A DNA stretch of 64,000 nucleotides from Candidatus Hydrogenedens terephthalaticus JGI OTU-1 (lineage in GTDB: Bacteria > Hydrogenedentota > Hydrogenedentia > Hydrogenedentales > Hydrogenedentaceae), in NCBI GenBank assembly GCA_000493945.1, contig AWNW01000008.1, positions 466 to 64,465 on the forward strand, in the 5' to 3' direction. A model generated the notes under the pieces. That model saw only the letters and a list, made by a program, of their open reading frames with translations, ran no database searches and was not told the DNA's origin. Positions 26,947 to 37,156 of the stretch are shown in pieces; positions within the stretch are counted from its first letter, which is position 1, and every line of letters starts with the position of its first letter. A program made the translations under genes and the position numbers.

Positions 26947-28240
26947 GCCTTATATAGATATTGTTCAAGAAACGAAACCGTTTCATATTTGTGGCAAGGT
27001 GAAGAATATTACGGGGCTAACGATTGAAGTTAGTGGTCCGGAAATGAGAATTGGGGACCTATGTTATATATCATCAAGGGATAGGAAAAATTTAATACCT
27101 GTGGAAGTGGTTGGTTTTCGAAATGATTATTACCTTGTAATGCCTCTGGATGAAATTCAGGGTTTAGGACCCGACTATATTTTAATTCCAACTTTTCAAT
27201 CGAGAAATGTTCCTGTTGGAGATGCTTTTTTAGGGAGGGTTATTGATGCTGTCGGTAATCCTATAGATGGAAAACCCTTCCCTAAAGTCAATGAAAAAAG
27301 GTCATTATATACAAGCCCTCCATCTGCCGTATTTCGTCCTCGAATAACGAAACCATTAGCAACAGGAATAAAATCTATTGATGGATGTGCTACCTGTGGT
27401 AAAGGACAGCGTGTAGCAATTCTTTCAGGGAGTGGGGTAGGAAAAAGTAAATTGATTGGGATGATTGCACGAAATACCAATGCAGATATAAATGTTATCG
27501 CCCTTGTAGGAGAACGAGGTAAAGAAGTCCGCGAATTTATTGATTTAGATTTAGGAGAAGAAGGGCTGAAAAGGTCTGTGGTTGTTGTGGCAACATCACA
27601 TGAACCCGCATTAAGACGAATTAGTGCGGGTTATGTAGCAACAACCATAGCTGAATATTTCCGTGACCAGGGTGCCGATGTATTGTTGATGATGGATTCG
27701 ATAACAAGATTTGCTATGGCACAACGAGAGGTAGGCTTATCTATCGGAGAACCTCCAACTACAAAAGGATATACACCTTCCGTGTTCAGTCTCTTGCCCC
27801 GACTCTTAGAACGGGTAGGAACATCCGAAAAAGGGACTATAACCGGTTTTTATACAGTCCTTGTAGAAGCAGATGATTTGAATGACCCTATAGGAGATGC
27901 TGTTCGAAGCATTACGGATGGGCATATTTCTTTATCACGGAGTTTGGCAACACGCGGACATTATCCCCCGGTAGATGTTTTAGAGAGTATTAGTCGTTCA
28001 ATGTTAGAAGTTACATCACCGGAACATCGTGTTCTCTCGAATAAGATACGAAGTATTCTGGCTACTTATCGCGATGCAGAAGATCTAATAAATATCGGGG
28101 CTTATGTTACGGGGTCAAATAAAGAGATTGATGAAGCACTACGACTCATGCCGAAAATAAGAAAATTTTTAATCCAGGATTTGTATGAAAAAGTTCACTG
28201 GGATCAAATATTATCACTAATGAAGGAGGCACTTAGTTAA
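26918..28240 (+). CDS. fliI: flagellar export ATPase FliI
   Basis: GKGQR, SGSGVGKS Walker A, ALVGERGKEV, LLMMDSITRFAMAQRE, GEPPTTKGY, DGHI.LSR. The real start may be GTG 26933 or TTG 26936. Confidence 0.96.
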   Translation: MRGKTVLTFKPYIDIVQETKPFHICGKVKNITGLTIEVSGPEMRIGDLCYISSRDRKNLIPVEVVGFRNDYYLVMPLDEIQGLGPDYILIPTFQSRNVPVGDAFLGRVIDAVGNPIDGKPFPKVNEKRSLYTSPPSAVFRPRITKPLATGIKSIDGCATCGKGQRVAILSGSGVGKSKLIGMIARNTNADINVIALVGERGKEVREFIDLDLGEEGLKRSVVVVATSHEPALRRISAGYVATTIAEYFRDQGADVLLMMDSITRFAMAQREVGLSIGEPPTTKGYTPSVFSLLPRLLERVGTSEKGTITGFYTVLVEADDLNDPIGDAVRSITDGHISLSRSLATRGHYPPVDVLESISRSMLEVTSPEHRVLSNKIRSILATYRDAEDLINIGAYVTGSNKEIDEALRLMPKIRKFLIQDLYEKVHWDQILSLMKEALS

Positions 28241-28245
28241 TTGTT

Positions 28246-28704
28246 ATGAATCAAAGAGACTATCAGCGTTATGACCCCCTAATAAGAATTCGTAAAACAC
28301 AAGAACAATTATGTGCCCAAAAATTAGCGGAAACATTGATGAAAATACAAAATATTCAAAAGGAAATAGAAAACACAGAACAATTACAAAAAGACCATAT
28401 AACACAAGTTCAAACCATGCAAAAAAAATCACAGAAAGTAAAAGAAATTTCGGATTCGTTTGAATATATTGTGTTTTTAGGTAAGCAAAAAGAGTTGTTA
28501 GAGAAGAAGAAAAGCGAATTAGAAAATATAGCCAATATGCAAAGAAAAGAATTGGAGCAAATTATGATAGAAGAAAAAATGCTCCAAAAATTGAGAGAGA
28601 ATAGAGAAAAAGTTTTTCGTAATTGGGTTCAAAAGGAAATTCAAAAGAGCACGGATGATTTGAGTGGGACACGATTTTTAATGAAGATTAAAAAAGCCCT
28701 ATGA
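28246..28704 (+). CDS. fliJ: flagellar export chaperone FliJ
   Basis: About 150-aa coiled coil directly after fliI; EEKML.KLRE...EQK..DD pattern. Confidence 0.8.
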   Translation: MNQRDYQRYDPLIRIRKTQEQLCAQKLAETLMKIQNIQKEIENTEQLQKDHITQVQTMQKKSQKVKEISDSFEYIVFLGKQKELLEKKKSELENIANMQRKELEQIMIEEKMLQKLRENREKVFRNWVQKEIQKSTDDLSGTRFLMKIKKAL

Positions 28705-28741
28705 TATAAAAGCATGGTGTTGAAATATAGGAAATAAAAAT

Positions 28742-29317
28742 ATGCGATTTCTCCTGATAATTATATTAGCAGTTATATCTTTTGTGGGGACACTGGTAGG
28801 AATATTAGCCATTACTGGAAATCTATCCGGGGAATCACTTCAGAAATTAGTTGCCCCTTCTCCTGCCACTCAAAAAGTAACAATACCCCAGCCCAATATT
28901 CAAGAAGATTCCATTGCTACATTAATTGAGCAAATACAAAAGAAAGAAGCATCATTAAAACAGAAAGAAGAGGAAATAAAGAAAAAAGAGGAAGAGATAA
29001 AAGCAAAATCTCAGGAATTACAACAGATGCAGTCGAAGATAGAATCTATCCAGAAAGAACTTAGTTCAAAATTAGGGGAGGATAAAAAAGAAAAAGCAAT
29101 GCAAATGCAAGCAATTGCGGTTACGCTTAGTGGTATGAAACCGGATAAAGCAGCGGAACGATTAAAGACAATGAATCCGGATGAGATTGCCGAAATTCTT
29201 ACTTATGTCAAACCAAAGGAAAGAGGGAAAATAGTAGAAGCCTTAGATGCTCAATTAGCAGCACAGGTACTTCAAGCCCTACAAAAAGTGCAACCTCCTT
29301 CTACTCCCGCCTCGTAA
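28742..29317 (+). CDS. MotE/YlxF/FlbB-like protein (TM + coiled coil + MgtE-N-like repeat)
   Basis: M.PDKAAERL..M.PDEIAEIL..KPKERGKI; sits in the fliJ-fliK slot. Confidence 0.75.
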   Translation: MRFLLIIILAVISFVGTLVGILAITGNLSGESLQKLVAPSPATQKVTIPQPNIQEDSIATLIEQIQKKEASLKQKEEEIKKKEEEIKAKSQELQQMQSKIESIQKELSSKLGEDKKEKAMQMQAIAVTLSGMKPDKAAERLKTMNPDEIAEILTYVKPKERGKIVEALDAQLAAQVLQALQKVQPPSTPAS

Positions 29318-29406
29318 AAATTATCCCTCAATAAAAATAATCTTACTCAAAACTTATTCGTAATTCTATTGAAATATTAATTTCTATTTTTTATAGGAGA
29401 GAATTT

Positions 29407-30903
29407 ATGATTGATAGTATAATGAACGCCCTTTTCCCTGTTGTGCCAGGGGAAATCCAAGGAACGGATACAGGCACTCGAGAAAATCCAAACTCTGATG
29501 GAAGTGATTTCGGACAGGTTCTAAGTATCTTAATGGCACAAATGGGTTTAGCAGCAATGCCTCTTCAGCAGAACAGCAATGGTTCTGAAATGGAAGCAGA
29601 AGTTCATTCGGAGGCAGAGGTAGAAAATATTTCTCCTGTTATCATAAATTCGATGAGTACAGAGTTGCCTTCTAATGTAACGAGTGGAACTGCGGAAGAA
29701 ATAATGCAATTGCATGATTTAGATGTTGAATTAAATCCTGCTGTTAGACAGGAAAATGTACAAGCAAAAAATGCAACTCTTGTAGAGGTAGATGTAAAAC
29801 AAGATATTCCTATTACCCCTGAAATGCGAGATAAGTTGCCATTACAATTAGGAACTGATTTGGCTCAGGGAATTGGAAAAATGCAATCGGAACAGCCTGT
29901 CATAGAGCAGACGGATGTAGTAATAAAAAATTCGGCACATTTAAATTCATCACAAAAAGAAAATCCGTCTGGTGATGGTCAAAAACCAATTACCCCTGCG
30001 GATATAGTTCAAATAAGTAAAGTAGAGACAGCGGAACTATCTCAAATGCAGGATAAACTACATATCAAAAATATAGAATTATCTGCTATTGTGAAGCCAG
30101 AAGAACAGCAAAAACTGGGTCTTTTAAAATTGGGGCAAGTATCAAGCGATAAAAATGTCCAAAGTAATGTAGTAGATACACAAACAAACACACAGCAGAA
30201 ATATATAGATGTATTAGCAGATATAAAGCACTATTTATCCAATAATGGGAATGTAGAACCGCGAGAAAATATCCTTTCTAAAGTTTTAGAAGCAAGGTTA
30301 ATTTCCGGTTCAGGTGAACAAAGCAATTCAAGTTCACAACATAAATCTGATTTGCCTAATACGAACCCTCAAATAGGAATCCTCTCAGAAAAATCCATGA
30401 AGATAGGAAACGAGAGAGCCTCTGAAAAAACATTGTCTATAGTCCCGGCAGAACCTAAAGAAGTTGTTGCTAACTTATCTTCATTGAGGTCTGTCCTGAC
30501 GGAACAGATAAAGTTTGCGTTTCGATCAGAAACAAAGATAATTACAATAAGATTGGAACCCGAGTCATTAGGATTAATGGAGGTTAAGGTTCAGGAAAAT
30601 TCAGGAAAAATCGGGATTCAACTGACTACTTCTAACAATGATGTTCATAAAGTATTAACACAAGGATTACCTCAATTAAGAGAAGTTCTGAAACAAGAAG
30701 GTATCTTTGTTAAGGATGTGCAGGTGATTTCAACAGGGACAACAAGCCTTATGTTAAATCAAGATTTTAATTCACATTCCTTTTCAAAGGAGGTTCAGAT
30801 AGAACCTACCTTATATTACTCAAATAGAGATTTACAACAAACAGTAGAAGAAACAAAACCCATTTCCGATTACCATAATGGCACATTAAGTTTATGGGTA
30901 TAA
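29407..30903 (+). CDS. fliK: flagellar hook-length control protein FliK
   Basis: Long low-complexity N-terminus; C-terminal IRLEPESLG.M.V, L..GLPQLRE.L..EG; position before flgD. Confidence 0.85.
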   Translation: MIDSIMNALFPVVPGEIQGTDTGTRENPNSDGSDFGQVLSILMAQMGLAAMPLQQNSNGSEMEAEVHSEAEVENISPVIINSMSTELPSNVTSGTAEEIMQLHDLDVELNPAVRQENVQAKNATLVEVDVKQDIPITPEMRDKLPLQLGTDLAQGIGKMQSEQPVIEQTDVVIKNSAHLNSSQKENPSGDGQKPITPADIVQISKVETAELSQMQDKLHIKNIELSAIVKPEEQQKLGLLKLGQVSSDKNVQSNVVDTQTNTQQKYIDVLADIKHYLSNNGNVEPRENILSKVLEARLISGSGEQSNSSSQHKSDLPNTNPQIGILSEKSMKIGNERASEKTLSIVPAEPKEVVANLSSLRSVLTEQIKFAFRSETKIITIRLEPESLGLMEVKVQENSGKIGIQLTTSNNDVHKVLTQGLPQLREVLKQEGIFVKDVQVISTGTTSLMLNQDFNSHSFSKEVQIEPTLYYSNRDLQQTVEETKPISDYHNGTLSLWV

Positions 30904-30915
30904 AGGAGAAACAAT

Positions 30916-31542
30916 ATGAATGCAATGGTTCAATTTAAATCAAATATTTCGGGATTAAATGCCCCGACACCTACTCAAAGAACAGAGGTTTTAAAGGAAA
31001 TGCAGTCCTTGTATCAGGCGAGAAGAAAAGGACTACTTCAAGATTACTTAAAGAAAGTTATTGAGTCTACGGGTGCGAAGAGTTTATCTATTGCAAAATC
31101 TGCCGAAGCACAATCTACCAGTAACAGCACAGCAACAACTCGAACACCATCAAGAGAGTTAAGTTCAGATACATTTCTGCAATTACTGGTTATGCAAATG
31201 CAATATCAAGACCCGTTAGAACCGGTTCAGAATACAGAAATGCTTGCCCAGTTAGCTCAATTTTCAGCATTGGAACAGTCTATTAAAACGAATACGAGTA
31301 TAGTATCACTACAGCAAGATATTCAGACTTTATCTCAAAATGTGCAATCTATGTCTATGAGTGCCAGTCAACAAATGATTGGCAGGTATATCGAAGGTTC
31401 TTCGATAGAGGGTACCCCTGTTAAAGGAAAAGTTGATGGAGTATCCATTGAGAATGGAGTTCTCCTTTTGAATATAGGTTCAAACAAAGTTCCTATTAAC
31501 CAGGTTCAAAGTGTTCGCATAGAACAACCCGACACAAAGTAA
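30916..31542 (+). CDS. flgD: flagellar hook capping protein FlgD
   Basis: FLQLLV.QMQYQDPLEP..NTEMLAQLAQFSALEQ. Confidence 0.93.
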   Translation: MNAMVQFKSNISGLNAPTPTQRTEVLKEMQSLYQARRKGLLQDYLKKVIESTGAKSLSIAKSAEAQSTSNSTATTRTPSRELSSDTFLQLLVMQMQYQDPLEPVQNTEMLAQLAQFSALEQSIKTNTSIVSLQQDIQTLSQNVQSMSMSASQQMIGRYIEGSSIEGTPVKGKVDGVSIENGVLLLNIGSNKVPINQVQSVRIEQPDTK

Positions 31543-31615
31543 TAAAACATTCATTTGAAATTAAAAGAAGATTTATTAACATAAAACAAACAATAAACCA
31601 TAAGGAGATATAACT

Positions 31616-32875
31616 ATGGGAATGGCAATGTTAACGGCAGTAACAGGTTTACAATCTCATCAACGCAGGTTGGATGTAATTGCAAACAATATTGCAAATG
31701 TAAACACGGTTGGATACCGTTCTTCTCGTGTCCTTTTTCAGGATTTGTTTTCTCAATTATTAAGAGGAGGTTCTGCCCCGGTAGGCAATTTTGGAGGATC
31801 TAATCCGCAACAAGTAGGGTTAGGTGTGCGTATTGCAAGTATTGATGTCAATCATCAGCAGGGTTCCCTTTTGTCTACAGGTGTTTCTTCCGATTTGGCA
31901 ATACAAGGGAATGGATTTTTTGTATTGAGTGATGGGCAGAAGACAGCATTTACCCGTGATGGTTCTTTTGATTTAAACTCAAACGGGTTACTTATTGATC
32001 CCGCTACCGGTATGCGTGTGCAGGGTTATCTTGCTGACGATACGGGTGTCGTAAATACGGACCAGCCGCCACAGGATATTTCTATACCTATTGGAAGTGC
32101 AGGGATTGTTCGTTCCACTACCAATGTATACCTAATTGGAAATCTAAATGCTAACGCTCCTACAACTCCTGTTCCAACTACAGTAACGAGGACAGTAGAA
32201 GTGTATGATTCTTTAGGTACTTCACGATTGGTAACTTTATCATTTACGAAACAGGCAACCCCTGCGAATCAATGGACATGGCAAGCCTCATACGATGGGA
32301 ATAGTGTGGGTACCGGTGCACTAACATTTAGCACTTCCGGTACATTACCATTAGGAACAACCGGAACGGTAACAATCCCCGGTGCATTAATGAATATAAC
32401 AGGTTCGCAACCTAATGATTTAACATTCAATATAGATTTTACAGAAATTACTCAACTGGCAACAGATAGTACTACAGGTAGTGATGTTACTGTTCGTTCC
32501 CAGGATGGTTTTCCAAGAGGTGTCCTTGAAAGTTTTAATATCGGAGCCAATGGTGAGATTGTGGGCGTATTCAGCAATGGACTTACCCGCGTTTTTGCTC
32601 AGGTAGCCTTAGCAACATTTTCCAATGTGGGTGGATTGGTTCGTGATGGGAATAATATGTTCCTTGAAACCCCAGCTTCTGGTGTCGCTCAAGTAGGTCC
32701 TCCTCGCTCAGGAAGCAGAGGTACTGTATCTGGTGGAGTTTTAGAAAGTTCCAATGTTGACTTAGGGACAGAATTTAGTTCATTAATTGTAACGCAACGC
32801 GGATTTCAGGCGAATGCCCGAACCATAACCGCAGCAGATACACTTCTACAAGAAACCGTTAATTTAGGAAGATAA
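31616..32875 (+). CDS. flgE: flagellar hook protein FlgE
   Basis: LDVIANNIANVNTVGY, DLAIQGNGFF, TRDGSF, LESSNVDLG.EF..LI..QRGFQANARTI. Confidence 0.96.
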   Translation: MGMAMLTAVTGLQSHQRRLDVIANNIANVNTVGYRSSRVLFQDLFSQLLRGGSAPVGNFGGSNPQQVGLGVRIASIDVNHQQGSLLSTGVSSDLAIQGNGFFVLSDGQKTAFTRDGSFDLNSNGLLIDPATGMRVQGYLADDTGVVNTDQPPQDISIPIGSAGIVRSTTNVYLIGNLNANAPTTPVPTTVTRTVEVYDSLGTSRLVTLSFTKQATPANQWTWQASYDGNSVGTGALTFSTSGTLPLGTTGTVTIPGALMNITGSQPNDLTFNIDFTEITQLATDSTTGSDVTVRSQDGFPRGVLESFNIGANGEIVGVFSNGLTRVFAQVALATFSNVGGLVRDGNNMFLETPASGVAQVGPPRSGSRGTVSGGVLESSNVDLGTEFSSLIVTQRGFQANARTITAADTLLQETVNLGR

Positions 32876-32922
32876 TCTATAATACATGATTTTATTGGCA
32901 ACAAAATCTGACTGATTTTCAT

Positions 32923-32949
32923 TAGGCTGAGGCTTTCAACCTCAGCCTA
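32923..32949 (+). terminator. intrinsic terminator after flgE
   Basis: TAGGCTGAGG-CTTTCAA-CCTCAGCCTA followed by TTTTCTTATTT. Confidence 0.8.
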
Positions 32950-33067
32950 TTTTCTTATTTAATTGTAATAGCAAAAAAAGGTTCAATCATGTTAAAATCA
33001 GAGATGAAGAGGTGTATTATATTAATAAAAATAAAGAATATGTATATAACATAGAAAAAGGAGTTCT

Positions 33068-33841
33068 ATGGATTTAGCAACTGTAATAGGATTGATTGCA
33101 GGGATATCTTTGACACTTATATCTATTTTTATGGGGGGGTCAATTGTAATCTTTATTAATATACCTTCTTTTATTCTTGTAGTAGGAGGAACCATAGCAT
33201 CTACGCTAATCAATTATCCATTGAGTGATGTGTTAAAGGTATTTAATACTGTAAAAAACTCATTTGTCCAGAAACTCACGCCTATAGAAACCTTAATCGA
33301 AAAAATTATTGAGTTTGCGACTATTGCAAGAAGAGAGGGCATTCTTGCTCTCGAAGGACCTGCATCGGAATTAGATGATGAATTTTTGCAACGGGGTATA
33401 CAACTTGCGATTGATGGAACCGCTCCTGAATTGCTTAAAGACATCCTTACAACAGAATTAGCGTTTATGGAAGACCGACACGCGTTGGGACAATCCGTTC
33501 TAACCGCAATGGCTGCATACGCTCCTGCTTTCGGGATGATAGGAACATTGATTGGTTTGGTGCAAATGCTTGCTACGATGGAAGACCCATCTCAAGTTGG
33601 TATTGGTATGGCTATTGCTATTTTAACTACATTATACGGAGCATTAATTGCTAACTTAATTATGTTGCCTCTTGCCGGGAAACTAAAAGTTAGAACTGCC
33701 GAAGAATTGCTTTTAAGAGAAGTTATAATTGAAGGTATTTTATCAATACAATCAGGAGATAATCCCCGCGTCGTTGAACAGAAACTGAAAGCATTTATAG
33801 CACCTGAATTGCGGAAAAAGATAGTAATAGGGAAAAAGTAA
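33068..33841 (+). CDS. motA: flagellar stator A subunit (PomA/MotP-like length)
   Basis: MDLATVIG, VVGGT, ARREGILALE, APAFGMIGTLIGLVQML, TTLYG, GDNPR. Confidence 0.95.
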   Translation: MDLATVIGLIAGISLTLISIFMGGSIVIFINIPSFILVVGGTIASTLINYPLSDVLKVFNTVKNSFVQKLTPIETLIEKIIEFATIARREGILALEGPASELDDEFLQRGIQLAIDGTAPELLKDILTTELAFMEDRHALGQSVLTAMAAYAPAFGMIGTLIGLVQMLATMEDPSQVGIGMAIAILTTLYGALIANLIMLPLAGKLKVRTAEELLLREVIIEGILSIQSGDNPRVVEQKLKAFIAPELRKKIVIGKK

Positions 33842-33846
33842 AGATT

Positions 33847-34584
33847 ATGGCAAAGGAAAGAAAAAAACAGCCTGAAGGAGAAGGGGGTGCCCCAGGGTGG
33901 GTAGTTACTTATGGGGATATGATGAGTCTGCTCTTGACTTTTTTTGTTCTACTGCTATCTTTTTCAACCATTAGTGAAGAAGACTTTAAGAAGGCAATGG
34001 GTTCTCTTGAAGGTGCTCTGAGTGTGCTTCCCAAAAATACAGGTGTTTTAGATTTGCAAATGATGAACCGAAGAGAACAGCAAAGGAAAATGCAACAGGC
34101 AGCCCAGAAAATAGCCGAAGAATTGCAAATCATAGGACAGGATAAACAGGTTAAAGTGGAATATGATGCAAAAGGAGGGATAAAAATAACCTTCCCTGAC
34201 TCCATTTTATTTGATAGAGGAAGTGCAGACCTGAAACCCGAATCGTTTCCTATAATTGAATCTGTATCAAAAATATTAGGAGAACTTACCGATGTTTTTG
34301 TAGAGATAAAGGGACATACAGATAATACTCCTATCGTGAATAATCCCAGATATAGAGATAACTATGACTTGAGTTATTATCGCTCTGACCAGGTTATGCG
34401 GAAAATGCTTGCCGTTAGTTCTCTTACTCCTGAAATGTTTGAAATTACAGCTTGTGGATCGAGCCAGCCTATTTCAACGAATTTAACTGAAGAGGGAAGA
34501 AAAGAAAACCGTCGTGTTGAAATTTTTGTGCGAGGTTTTGTAAGTGAGGAAAAAATGGAAATGATACAAAAGGGAATACCTTGA
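33847..34584 (+). CDS. motB: flagellar stator B subunit with OmpA-like domain
   Basis: WVVTYGDMMSLLLTFFVLLLSFS TM with the conserved Asp; GHTD, NRRVEI. Confidence 0.95.
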   Translation: MAKERKKQPEGEGGAPGWVVTYGDMMSLLLTFFVLLLSFSTISEEDFKKAMGSLEGALSVLPKNTGVLDLQMMNRREQQRKMQQAAQKIAEELQIIGQDKQVKVEYDAKGGIKITFPDSILFDRGSADLKPESFPIIESVSKILGELTDVFVEIKGHTDNTPIVNNPRYRDNYDLSYYRSDQVMRKMLAVSSLTPEMFEITACGSSQPISTNLTEEGRKENRRVEIFVRGFVSEEKMEMIQKGIP

Positions 34585-34650
34585 TTTTATTTCTTGGAAT
34601 GTGTTTTTCTATTATTACAATGAATATAAATGATATAAGGAATGGTTTTT

Positions 34651-35196
34651 ATGGCGGATGAAAAAGCACCGGAACAACAGGGACAAAAAAAATCATCAAG
34701 CCTTGTAAAATTGCTCTTAATAGGAGGGGCAAGTGTGCTAATTCCAGCGATTAGTGCGATTGTTGTATTTATGTTTGTTTTACGACCCATGCTATTAACG
34801 GATAACACAGATGAGAAAACTTCTTCTGCAAGTGTTGATACTTCAGATACAATACCAGCAACGGCAGTAATTGTAAAGTTTGATGAAACGCAAGCAACGG
34901 TAATTACACAAAAATCAGATATCCCCGCACCCCTGTTAATTTATCAAGTGGCAATGTCCTGCTCTGGACCGGAGGTATCAACTGTAGTTGAGGGGAAAAA
35001 GGAGTATTTTACAGCGTTGATAAATAAAATACATCGAAATCGCACACGAACCGAACTTAATGACCCCGGTGTCCAGGAAGCACTATTAAGACAAACGAAA
35101 AATGAGGCAAATCAATTGTTGAATAAATTATCCCCAGGAATTCAGGGATCTATTCTTGAAGTTATGTATCTTAAATATACCATTGTGGACTTATAA
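34651..35196 (+). CDS. fliL: flagellar basal body-associated protein FliL
   Basis: N-terminal TM, G/S-rich linker, IL.VMY..Y at the C-terminus; position after motB. Start at ATG 34651 preferred over 34642 by RBS spacing. Confidence 0.75.
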   Translation: MADEKAPEQQGQKKSSSLVKLLLIGGASVLIPAISAIVVFMFVLRPMLLTDNTDEKTSSASVDTSDTIPATAVIVKFDETQATVITQKSDIPAPLLIYQVAMSCSGPEVSTVVEGKKEYFTALINKIHRNRTRTELNDPGVQEALLRQTKNEANQLLNKLSPGIQGSILEVMYLKYTIVDL

Positions 35197-35531
35197 TGAT
35201 GGCTATACAAAATTCTGAAAATATTTCTGATTTTGTTCCTGAGGAAGATTTAGAAAAAGAAACTCCCCCTTCCGCGGTTCACCTGACTTTAAATGATTTA
35301 GCAATGCTTCCTATTAATGTGAGTGCAGAATTGGGAAGATGTTCTATAAAAATAAAAGATATTTTGAAGTTAGACAAAGGGTCTATAGTTACATTAAACA
35401 AACAGGCGGGTGAGTTGGCAGATATATTTTTTAATGGTATTCTTATAGGTAGGGGAGAGATGATAGTTTTAGCCGATACTTTACATATTCGCATAATCGA
35501 GATTGAGGGATTTAAAAGAGATGAAGAATAG
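35196..35531 (+). CDS. fliN: flagellar switch protein FliN (SpoA domain)
   Basis: LPINVSAELGR..IKIKDIL.L.KGSIV.LNKQAGE..DI..NG.LI.RGE. Confidence 0.9.
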   Translation: MMAIQNSENISDFVPEEDLEKETPPSAVHLTLNDLAMLPINVSAELGRCSIKIKDILKLDKGSIVTLNKQAGELADIFFNGILIGRGEMIVLADTLHIRIIEIEGFKRDEE

Positions 35532-36336
35532 GAAAAATATTTTTTGGGTTATTCCATTTTTGTTGTTATTTATTTCGGGACTATATATTTTTGCAGAAAA
35601 TACTTCTCCAACTGAAAAAGATAATATTCTGGATAAATTAAAAGACCCTGGACAATATGTGGGAAAAAGCAATGAGGGCGCTAATCCAGTAAAAAATGTA
35701 GAAACACCCCTTGAGAAGGAAAATACATCCTCTAAAACAAATAATACATGGTTCTCTCAACATCAGACAGTTTGGGGTTCGGAGCAAACAACCCCAGAAA
35801 ACACAGAAGGAGAAAATCTCACTTCAGCTAGTTCCAATACATCTACAACAGGAACTTCATGGATATATTATTTCTTTAGAACGCTTGTTGCCCTTATCTT
35901 TGTCGTTGGATTGATACTTGTATTATTAGGAGTGCTTCGCTATTTTTCAAATAAAACATATCGAGGGATGAAATCTATTGGAAAAATTGTAGGTGTTCTT
36001 TATTTATCTCCGCGTGCAAGAATTTATTATGTGCAAAGTGCAGGGAAAGTTTTTGTTTTAGGCATTTCAGGAGACCAAATGAATTTATTATTTGCCTTTC
36101 CAGAGGATGAATTTTTTGCCTCTATTGCAAATGAAGATATTGCAGAGCCTTCTTATCCACAAAAGACATTTAGTAAGGTTTTAGATGATGTCGAAACAAG
36201 AATTCAATCCCAGGGTTCTTCAAAAATCCCCGAAGTATCAGAAAATATAGATGATGAATTGGCTTCCTTGAAAGCAAACATACAAAGACTACAGCAAGCA
36301 ATACGAGAAGAAACAAATAATGCTTCAGACCAGTAG
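35521..36336 (+). CDS. fliO: flagellar biosynthesis protein FliO/FliZ with long N-terminal extension
   Basis: [15 protein letters not shown]; LSPRARIY.V...[13 protein letters not shown]; between fliN and fliP. Start uncertain (35503 or 35521). Confidence 0.75.
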   Translation: MKNRKNIFWVIPFLLLFISGLYIFAENTSPTEKDNILDKLKDPGQYVGKSNEGANPVKNVETPLEKENTSSKTNNTWFSQHQTVWGSEQTTPENTEGENLTSASSNTSTTGTSWIYYFFRTLVALIFVVGLILVLLGVLRYFSNKTYRGMKSIGKIVGVLYLSPRARIYYVQSAGKVFVLGISGDQMNLLFAFPEDEFFASIANEDIAEPSYPQKTFSKVLDDVETRIQSQGSSKIPEVSENIDDELASLKANIQRLQQAIREETNNASDQ

Positions 36337-37144
36337 AATTATTAGCATGAGGATAAAAAAAAACACCCTTTTGAAAAGTAAAAAATTTGGACTTTTTTTG
36401 TTTTGCTTCTTTATTATTTGGGTGTCCAGTTCCTTTGCTCAACCTTCCCGTACTTCGGTAACAAATCCAACAGGTGTAAATATTGTTGGAACTGCTCAGC
36501 AAGCAATTGCCCCTGAGAATCTTTCTACCACATTAACATTAGTAATACTTATTACTGCACTTACATTAGCGCCGGCAATTCTTGTCTTAACCACATCTTT
36601 TACAAGGATTATTGTAGTCCTTGCCTTCCTTCGACAGGCGTTAGCGACACAACAGACTCCTCCCAATCAAGTCTTAATTGGATTATCTCTATTTTTGACA
36701 ATGTTTATTATGATGCCTACCTATGAACGGGTTAATCGTGAAGCCATACAACCTTATATTCAACAGCAAATTAGTCAGTCGGAAGCATTTAATCGTGCTT
36801 TAACTCCTATTCGGGAATTTATGTTCAAACAAACAAGACCTCAGGAACTGAAAACCATGTTGCAGATTTCGGGAAGAGGTAGACCCAATACCCCGGATGA
36901 TGTTCCAACACATGTTCTTATCCCTGCCTTTGTATTGAGTGAACTTAAAACCGCGTTTATGATTGGTTTTTTGCTATATATTCCTTTTTTAATTATTGAT
37001 ATGGTAGTGGCAAGCACATTAATGTCTATGGGTATGATGATGTTACCCCCTATTTTCGTATCGTTACCTTTTAAGATAATTCTTTTCGTTCTTGTAGATG
37101 GATGGACATTAGTTGTGGGTAATTTGGTCAGAAGTTTTCAATAA
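36320..37144 (+). CDS. fliP: flagellar export gate protein FliP
   Basis: [58 protein letters not shown]. Confidence 0.97.
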   Translation: MLQTSRIISMRIKKNTLLKSKKFGLFLFCFFIIWVSSSFAQPSRTSVTNPTGVNIVGTAQQAIAPENLSTTLTLVILITALTLAPAILVLTTSFTRIIVVLAFLRQALATQQTPPNQVLIGLSLFLTMFIMMPTYERVNREAIQPYIQQQISQSEAFNRALTPIREFMFKQTRPQELKTMLQISGRGRPNTPDDVPTHVLIPAFVLSELKTAFMIGFLLYIPFLIIDMVVASTLMSMGMMMLPPIFVSLPFKIILFVLVDGWTLVVGNLVRSFQ

Positions 37145-37156
37145 GAGGGCTATTTT

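Noticed and set aside
32896-32912. TTGGCAACAAAATCTGA as a sigma54 promoter for motA
   Set aside because: No GC at -12 with the required spacing, and it lies upstream of the terminator
32876-33067. Possible flbD/swrD in the flgE-motA gap
   Set aside because: Only very short ORFs with no FlbD-like N-terminus; the gap contains a terminator instead
36628-36640. CCTTCGACAGGC inside fliP, matching the repeat at 6501
   Set aside because: Encodes conserved FliP residues (FLRQA) and lacks the rest of the palindrome, so it is a chance match
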